From positions 1 through 48,316 of the forward strand of contig DATEVB010000087.1 in NCBI GenBank assembly GCA_035282865.1: a DNA stretch of 48,316 nt. The letters are read 5' to 3'. The number at the start of each line of letters is the position of its first letter. The first letter of the stretch is position 1. The notes under the pieces are model-generated. The model was not told the DNA's origin and searched no databases. It saw nothing but the letters and a program-made list of their open reading frames with translations. Positions 27,657 to 33,783 of the stretch are shown here, in pieces. The stretch is from Acidimicrobiia bacterium (lineage in GTDB: Bacteria > Actinomycetota > Acidimicrobiia > Spongiisociales > UBA4744). Made by a program: the position numbers and the translations under genes.

Positions 27657-28379
27657 ATGACCAGTTCGGCGGCGTTCGAGTCCGTTTCTGTCGTTCTCCC
27701 GGCCTACCGTCTGGGTGAGCGCATCGCGGCCAACATGACGGCGGTGGCCACCGCGTTGCCGGGGGCCCAGATCGTCGTGGTCGACGATGGAAGTGACGAC
27801 GGCACCTACCAGCAGGCGCAGCAGTCAGCCGCGCGCTTGTCCCGCGCCCGGGTGATCAGACATGAACGGAATCGTGGCAAGGGGGCGGCCCTCCAGACCG
27901 GTACCGCAGTTGCGGAGGGATCGGTCGTGATTTTTCTCGACGGTGACCTCGATCTGCCGGCCGCCCAGCTGCCGGGCCTGTTAGACCTGTTCGCCGAGCT
28001 TGGCGCCGACGTGCTCGTCGGCGCCAAGCAGACGGGGATGAGCGGTGGGCGGTACCCGTGGAAGCGGCGAGCGCTGAGCCGAGTGTTCTCGCTCGTGACC
28101 CGCATTCTCTTTCACCTCCCCGTCGACGAGACGCAGACGGGGCTGAAGATCTTCAGACGCCACGTTCTCGACCAAGTCTTTGCCGACTTGCGGATCTTTG
28201 GCTACGCCTTTGACCTGGAGCTATTGGTTCGCGCTCATCAGGCCGGGTTCCGGATCACCCAGGCACCCGTCGACCTGCGGGTCGGTGCCTCATCCGCGCC
28301 ATTGCGTCTCGCTACGTTGTGGGAAATGTTACGAGACACGTTGCGGATCTTCCTGTGGTCCGTCCGCCGACCGAGCTAG
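27657..28379 (+). CDS. Family-2 glycosyltransferase (polyprenol-phosphate sugar synthase-like, GtrB/Ppm/DPG-synthase type)
   Basis: 'VSVVLPAY', 'VVVDDGSDDGT', 'NRGKGAALQTG' and 'FLDGDLD'. ATG at 27657, with an alternative ATG at 27627. The upstream part of the 466-aa ORF-track call is antisense to manB and is not believed. Confidence 0.82.
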   Translation: MTSSAAFESVSVVLPAYRLGERIAANMTAVATALPGAQIVVVDDGSDDGTYQQAQQSAARLSRARVIRHERNRGKGAALQTGTAVAEGSVVIFLDGDLDLPAAQLPGLLDLFAELGADVLVGAKQTGMSGGRYPWKRRALSRVFSLVTRILFHLPVDETQTGLKIFRRHVLDQVFADLRIFGYAFDLELLVRAHQAGFRITQAPVDLRVGASSAPLRLATLWEMLRDTLRIFLWSVRRPS

Positions 28380-28837
28380 GCGCTCTGACCGCCTCCCCTC
28401 GTCTTGCCCAGCGCCTTCTTGAACACCAGATCGCGGTAGGAAGCGAATTTCGGAATCAGGATGATGGCGGTTGCCACCAGCGACGCCAGGTTCAACTGCA
28501 ATGCCGTGCTCGTCCCGAAGATCTTCTCGGCCAGCTCGACCAGTCCCACCGTGGCAGCCCAGGCAGCCACGTTGACGGCGTAGAAGACGGCCGTTTCACG
28601 CACAGAGCCTCGCCCTTCTTTGATCTGGAAGGTCCACCGGCGATTGAGCACATACGACATTCCCGTTGCCAGCACAAATGCCCAGGAAACCGAGTAGAAG
28701 TCCGAAAGGCCAACCACCGAGAAGAAGACGTTCAAGAGCACGAAGTAGACGATGGTGTTCAGACCGCCTATCAAGCCGAGCCGGAAGAATTGGGCCATCG
28801 CCTCGCGGGTAACCAGCGTCCGAAGGTAGGGCATCAT
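28376..28837 (-). CDS. GtrA-family membrane protein (putative polyprenol-P-sugar flippase)
   Basis: Start re-set to the ATG at 28837 (ATGA overlap with the upstream stop), giving 153 aa. It has four hydrophobic helices and 'QFFRLGLIGGLNTIVYFVL...LNRRWTF' (GtrA pattern). Confidence 0.82.
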   Translation of the reverse strand: MMPYLRTLVTREAMAQFFRLGLIGGLNTIVYFVLLNVFFSVVGLSDFYSVSWAFVLATGMSYVLNRRWTFQIKEGRGSVRETAVFYAVNVAAWAATVGLVELAEKIFGTSTALQLNLASLVATAIILIPKFASYRDLVFKKALGKTRGGGQSA

Positions 28838-31113
28838 GCCCTGGACTCCCGCCACGAGTGGAAACCGCTGGCCACCACGAACAACAGACCGCCGATACTG
28901 AGGGCTATCCCCACTTGTTCGGCCCAGGTGGATCGAAACTCGAGGGAAACGTTCTCCTCGGTCGGAACAACCACCATCAGGGCCGGCGCAGCCCGGTACG
29001 GGCCGTCCGCTCCTTCCGCCTTCCAGTTGGGGAAGTAGCTGACCTTGACCAGATGGGGAATGCCTACGGCCGTCGTCCGGAACGAGATCGCATGGTTGTC
29101 GACAACGACGTCGCTGACCACACCACCGCCGGTGATCGGTCGGGTCCCAAGTCCATCGAGGTCTTCGCCGACCCGGGGCCAATCGTCGGGACCGTCTTTG
29201 ACCAGCCACTCATCGAGCTCTCCATACCGGTCGTACCAGGCGAGCGCAGCCTCATCAAAAGATGCCCCTTCGAACACCGCCGGGACATAGCCGGCAACCT
29301 CAACCGCCGAAGACGGAGGGAGCTCGTAGATCGAGAAAGGTGGCGACGAACCCACCTTGTCAAGATCCGATCGCCGGTCCGCCGCCTGTTGTGCCTCCTC
29401 CGTGTAGGTCACGTAATAACGCACGTCGTACAGTGCGAGATGCTCGAGGCCCCGATCGAAGTCGAAGGTGTGATAGTTGAGCCCGGGAACCGGACGCGAC
29501 GGAGACACACTCATCTCGGCCTGATTGAGGAAATGGAACGGAGTCGTGAGCGACGACTCGAAGAACAGCCCCTCCATCGAAGGGTGGGCGCCCTCCGTCC
29601 AATACGGAAGCAACATCAAGGACATCGGCGTGCCGTATTTGTTCTGGTCCTTGTTGTATTCCCATTGTACGCGCCCTTCCGGAAGGTCTCTCATGGTGAC
29701 CATCAGAGCCTCGTATTCAGGCCAGGCTTCCTTGCCCTCGTAGCCCGAGTAATTCCAGCGAGCCCAGCCCGGAATGAAGGTCAATCCTGCCAGACCAATG
29801 GACAGAAAGAGCGCCACACCGAAGAGCGGAGCGGCGACCCGCACTTCAACCGACACGGGGGCGATCAGCGTTGCCAGCAAGGCCAGGAGCCCGACCCCGA
29901 GTGTGACCCATCCGCCGGTCCCACCCAGAGAAATCTCGGGAATCAACGGGAAAGCAACGACCAGCACGAGAGCAATCAAACCGCGCACCCACCACACCGA
30001 GACTTGCGCCGGGATCCGCCGAGACAGTTCTCTGAGCCCCTGCCCGACCGCCAGGCCTGCGAACACGAACACCCCGAAGTAGAAGAAAGGAAGAAAGCGC
30101 CCGTTCCACAGTTTGTCCTGCACCTGAGGCAGGTTCCCGGGCAGGAACTTCGGGATCCACAGGACCAGCCAGTAGTAGATCACCGGCATCACCGCCAGGA
30201 CCACCAAGGGAACAACTCGCGGGGTCCGGCGGATCGCCCACACCAATCCGAACACGGCGGGAATGAGGAAGAACCAGAGTTCGGTCGGTAGCACATTCTT
30301 CCAGCCACGCAGCGGCACCCAGGCCATGTCCGCCGAATAGGCGACTCTGGCGAGCAACGGGACAGCCCAGAACCCGGCGATCGAAAACCCGATGAGCCAG
30401 GTCACCACAACCGGTTTCGCTCCCCTCTTCCACACCAGGATCGGAATCGATGCCAGGATGATGGCCAGAGTGGTGATCAAATGCGTGAGGGCCGTGAGGG
30501 CCAGCACCAGACCGGCGAGCGGGACCAGCTTCTGCTCATCGTGGACGATCTTGATCAGCAACCCGAGGTACACCAGAGCCAAAGCGAACGACCACGAGAA
30601 GGAGAACTCCCCGGCCAGAGTCGATGGAATGTTGCCCCCGTAGATCGAGTAGCTCTCCATGAACACGAAGGTGCCTCCGGAAGCGGCCGCCACCAGCGCC
30701 GTCGGACGGGCGAATCTCATCACCCTGACCAGGAAGTAGGTGGCGGCTGGAAGGGCCAGGAGTCCGAGGATCGTGACGAGCTTGAAAGCGACCCCGTACG
30801 GGAGGATGAGATCGAACAGGACGGTGACCAGGGCCGGGAGAGGGAAGTAGAAGTAGAAGACGGGGAACCCACCGAACCAGCTGTTGCTCCAGCCGAGGAC
30901 GCGGCCCTCCGGCAGCAGGGTGTCGCGCAGGTAGGCGGGCACCAGGACATGAGCTCCCATGTCCCCGCCTGAAGGCGTGTTGGCAGTCAATAAGAGCACC
31001 GGGTTCATGACGATCAAGATCGCCATCGTCACAACACCGATTCCGACCACGGCCACCCAGCGAGGGGTTGAGCCGGCAGAGTCCCGGGGGGATTCCTTAG
31101 TCGAGGATTCCAT
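28834..31113 (-). CDS. Large polytopic membrane protein, GT-C-like glycosyltransferase candidate (resembles the 'PTPS-related' membrane family)
   Basis: 759 aa. It has about 13 or more hydrophobic segments in the first 480 aa, including 'PSGGDMGAHV' in the first loop, followed by a soluble C-terminal domain of about 280 aa and a terminal TM. Family assignment is from memory only. Confidence 0.6.
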   Translation of the reverse strand: MESSTKESPRDSAGSTPRWVAVVGIGVVTMAILIVMNPVLLLTANTPSGGDMGAHVLVPAYLRDTLLPEGRVLGWSNSWFGGFPVFYFYFPLPALVTVLFDLILPYGVAFKLVTILGLLALPAATYFLVRVMRFARPTALVAAASGGTFVFMESYSIYGGNIPSTLAGEFSFSWSFALALVYLGLLIKIVHDEQKLVPLAGLVLALTALTHLITTLAIILASIPILVWKRGAKPVVVTWLIGFSIAGFWAVPLLARVAYSADMAWVPLRGWKNVLPTELWFFLIPAVFGLVWAIRRTPRVVPLVVLAVMPVIYYWLVLWIPKFLPGNLPQVQDKLWNGRFLPFFYFGVFVFAGLAVGQGLRELSRRIPAQVSVWWVRGLIALVLVVAFPLIPEISLGGTGGWVTLGVGLLALLATLIAPVSVEVRVAAPLFGVALFLSIGLAGLTFIPGWARWNYSGYEGKEAWPEYEALMVTMRDLPEGRVQWEYNKDQNKYGTPMSLMLLPYWTEGAHPSMEGLFFESSLTTPFHFLNQAEMSVSPSRPVPGLNYHTFDFDRGLEHLALYDVRYYVTYTEEAQQAADRRSDLDKVGSSPPFSIYELPPSSAVEVAGYVPAVFEGASFDEAALAWYDRYGELDEWLVKDGPDDWPRVGEDLDGLGTRPITGGGVVSDVVVDNHAISFRTTAVGIPHLVKVSYFPNWKAEGADGPYRAAPALMVVVPTEENVSLEFRSTWAEQVGIALSIGGLLFVVASGFHSWRESRA

Positions 31114-31136
31114 GGGCTAGAAGCGACGCCCCGGCG

Positions 31137-31313
31137 TCAGGTGCTCTGTTTGCGCGCAAGTTCCAGAACTTCCGACAGAGACACCGGGCTTCCGTCCCGG
31201 TCCCACCACTTCTCTTCGCATTTGTGGCATGAGTAGAAGTGGACCTCGGTCTCGTCGGGGAGCTTCTGTTGGATCTGGATCACGTCACGCGCGCCACAGT
31301 TTGGACAATGCAT
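31137..31313 (-). CDS. 58-aa zinc-ribbon protein (not in the supplied ORF track, which lists nothing shorter than 60 aa)
   Basis: My own translation of the minus strand gives MHCPNCGARDVIQIQQKLPDETEVHFYSCHKCEEKWWDRDGSPVSLSEVLELARKQST*. It has two CxxC knuckles (C3/C6, C29/C32). AAGAGGG lies 4 nt upstream of the ATG. The stop is 23 nt before the GT-C gene start. Confidence 0.6.
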   Translation of the reverse strand: MHCPNCGARDVIQIQQKLPDETEVHFYSCHKCEEKWWDRDGSPVSLSEVLELARKQST

Positions 31314-31535
31314 GACACCCTCTTCGCGCTAGGTCAGGCGTAGCTTACCGAAACGAACGACCTAGTCCGAGAACCCGGAGGTACGAAGTCTGAAGTTCGA
31401 AGTGTTGTTCAGAGCATGTGGTTCGAGTTGGCAGTTCGCAGGTCGCCAGGGGTGGGACCGGATCCCCCTCTCCCCGGACCCTTCGGGGCGGCTCACTCCC
31501 CCAACCGAGTCGCTTCGCTCGCCGGAGGGAGAATC

Positions 31536-31802
31536 TCACTCCTCGAGCAACTTGCCGATGTACCGGCTTCTGCGTTTGCCGTCTTCACGCCAGTAGGCAT
31601 ACCAATACGGACCGTGCGGGCAGGTCGTGCATCCCGACTTGCCGCATTTGACCCACTGTCGGCGGAGACTGACGTCGGATTCGGAGCCGGGGGTCAACGC
31701 CCCCGCACCTTCTAAGCGAGCTCGAGCCAGGATCAGGAGGCGTCGTAGCTGGTGCTCATCGAGTTCTTTGACCGCTTCGATGAGATCCCTGTCGAGCGAC
31801 AC
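31536..31802 (-). CDS. Small Cys-rich hypothetical protein ('CGKSGCTTCPHGPYWYAYW' motif)
   Basis: 88 aa with a helical N-terminus, then C-x4-C-x2-C followed by HGPYWY and a basic tail. GTG start 7 nt after the DUF3499 stop. Confidence 0.6.
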   Translation of the reverse strand: MSLDRDLIEAVKELDEHQLRRLLILARARLEGAGALTPGSESDVSLRRQWVKCGKSGCTTCPHGPYWYAYWREDGKRRSRYIGKLLEE

Positions 31803-31809
31803 GAGACGC

Positions 31810-32034
31810 TCAGGCGACCTCGAGCGGCGCGAACAAACGAGTAATAGTGCGGTGGTCGGTGAGGGTCCAACCCAAGGGCGGCGTCATCCGGTTGGCATGA
31901 TCGGCGCAGAACGGGTGACCTTCACCAGGACCGACCGCGGCTACGAGATCGTCCAGCCACACGGCCCGGTCGTCGTAACTGAAGGACATGACGGCGGCGC
32001 CGGGACCACCGCAGCGAGTGCAGGTTTGAATCAT
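31810..32034 (-). CDS. DUF3499-family protein
   Basis: 74 aa. 'CTRCGGPGAAVMSFSYDDRAVWLDDL....HPFCADHANRMTPPLGWTLTD' matches the actinobacterial DUF3499 pattern found next to manB. Confidence 0.78.
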   Translation of the reverse strand: MIQTCTRCGGPGAAVMSFSYDDRAVWLDDLVAAVGPGEGHPFCADHANRMTPPLGWTLTDHRTITRLFAPLEVA

Positions 32035-32081
32035 GGGTTGAACTTAGATGCAGAAGCGAGCCAGAACAAGGATCTACCGCA

Positions 32082-32471
32082 TCATCCGAGCCCGGCCCTG
32101 CTCAAAGCCGACCCGACCCGGCGTGAACTGACCCGGCCCTCGAAGATGCCGACCGCAATCCCCTGCTCATCGATCACCACCACCGCCGGCACTTTGTCGA
32201 TGCCGGCCGATCGGAACTGCTGGGCGTCACCCTGGTAGGCGATCTCTCGGAAAGCATTGGCCGGCGACAGACCGAAGACGGCGTCGCGGACGGGTCCACA
32301 AGCATCACGATCCGTTGACGTGAACACGACGACCGCCGGCCACGGCCGGAGAGATTCTGTTCGAACCGTACTCCGCGGCGACCGCGCCCGGTAGGTAGCC
32401 CAAAGGCCGGCGGCCGCCACAGCGATGGCTACTGCCCCGACGATCACCAAAGCCCGGACGATCTCATTCAC
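32082..32471 (-). CDS. Membrane-anchored thioredoxin-fold protein with monothiol 'ACGPV' site
   Basis: The GTG at 32471 overlaps the end of the upstream gene by 8 nt. It has the TM segment 'ALVIVGAVAIAVAAAGLW' and a Trx-like core ('VVVFTSTDRDACGPV...VPAVVVID'). The resolving Cys is replaced by Val. Confidence 0.6.
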   Translation of the reverse strand: MNEIVRALVIVGAVAIAVAAAGLWATYRARSPRSTVRTESLRPWPAVVVFTSTDRDACGPVRDAVFGLSPANAFREIAYQGDAQQFRSAGIDKVPAVVVIDEQGIAVGIFEGRVSSRRVGSALSRAGLG

Positions 32472-33783
32472 CGATCGGAATCCCGGACGAATAGGCGGTT
32501 GCACCCTCGGCTTCAGCGCTCCACGCCGCCGAGAAGGGCGCGGTCGACTCCGCGATCACACCGGAGACGCCGACCTGATCGAGCTCAACCCGCCTTACCG
32601 TCCCGGCCGGAATCGTGACCTTCCCCGGGTCCTCGACGGTGCCGTCGGCGTCGAGCAATTGGAACGTGACCGTGATCGAATCGCCACCGGTATTGAGAAA
32701 CCACAGCGAGGTCCGAGCTGCGCTGGTAGCCCCGGCGCCGGGAAGCATCCATTGCCTGGCCGCCAGGGGCGCCCCCGATGTTGCAGCCACCTGTCCATCG
32801 GCTTCGCCCACTACCACCGCCGATACGGGACCGTCCGCTCGCAGGCGGACGGCATAGGCACCTTCGGCGAGGCCGGCCACTGAGAACCGGTCACTGCCTT
32901 CGGCCGGGACGAGCCCTTCGACGGCCCCTTCCAGGGGCCCATCGGCGGTGAACACGTCGAGCGTATAGGTGACTTCGAGCGGCCCGTCATTGGCAATAGC
33001 CAGGAACGGTTCGAGTTGCCCGACCGCCACGAGCGGAAATTCCCAGACTTCACTGCGCCCAACGTCGGACCAAACGGCCTGATCCGTCCCGCTCGTTTGC
33101 ACCATGGCCGGAATGATCCGGCCTTGCTCGGTTTGGATCGTCACCGACAATCGTTGTCGGAAAGGAAGCACGTCACCCAACGCCAGGGTCCGCCATGACC
33201 TGCCGGGAACGGACACCCGTTCGAGTTCCGGGGCGGGTTCGAAGCCTTCCTCGCTGATCGCCTCCACGGTCACCAGCGCGTCCTCGGGAAACGGGTTGAA
33301 CAATTGAAGATCGAGAGGACGATCCTGCACCGTTGTGCCGCCCGGCAAGACCCATACCTTGCTGGCGCTCGAAGGACATAGATCCCCGGCCAGCAATCCC
33401 TCTCCCACAGCAACCACTCCGGCAGCCGCCGGAGCGTCGGTGAATTCAACCACCGCGGGCGAGACGCCCAGACTGAGGATGGTCGAGAGGGGAATGGCGC
33501 CGGCGCCCGGCCCGGGAAGCGACTCTGGATACGTGTCTCGAATCTCGCCGGCGACCGGGAAAGTGAGCTGCACGTCAACGTCGCTGAGCGTGACGATGCT
33601 GATGAGGGTTTGGTGCGCGTCGTCGGCAATCGCCCAGGCGCAATTCGAGAAGTTGCTGGCCACCGCCGGCCCGGCCGTCGTGGTCGTGACCGGCAGATCG
33701 ACCGGCGCCGGCTCTGGAGCAGGGGCCAGCAACGCTGCCACGGCCAGCAAGCCTATGAGCACGACCACGAGCACCCTTCTCAT
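32464..33783 (-). CDS. Secreted protein, DUF5719-like
   Basis: 439 aa with the signal/anchor 'MRRVLVVVLIGLLAVAALLAPA' and a beta-rich, Cys-poor body. An ATGA overlap with the giant GT2 gene lies at 33780-33783. This pairing is recalled as typical for DUF5719. Confidence 0.6.
   Translation of the reverse strand: MRRVLVVVLIGLLAVAALLAPAPEPAPVDLPVTTTTAGPAVASNFSNCAWAIADDAHQTLISIVTLSDVDVQLTFPVAGEIRDTYPESLPGPGAGAIPLSTILSLGVSPAVVEFTDAPAAAGVVAVGEGLLAGDLCPSSASKVWVLPGGTTVQDRPLDLQLFNPFPEDALVTVEAISEEGFEPAPELERVSVPGRSWRTLALGDVLPFRQRLSVTIQTEQGRIIPAMVQTSGTDQAVWSDVGRSEVWEFPLVAVGQLEPFLAIANDGPLEVTYTLDVFTADGPLEGAVEGLVPAEGSDRFSVAGLAEGAYAVRLRADGPVSAVVVGEADGQVAATSGAPLAARQWMLPGAGATSAARTSLWFLNTGGDSITVTFQLLDADGTVEDPGKVTIPAGTVRRVELDQVGVSGVIAESTAPFSAAWSAEAEGATAYSSGIPIGE

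Noticed and set aside
31137-31313. Zinc-ribbon ORF as the WhiB2 homologue expected near manB/cofD in actinobacteria.
   Set aside because: The cysteine spacing (CxxC...CxxC) and the lack of the WhiB C-x(n)-C-x2-C-x5-C pattern and G[V/I]WGG turn do not fit WhiB. No WhiB-like gene was found in the window.
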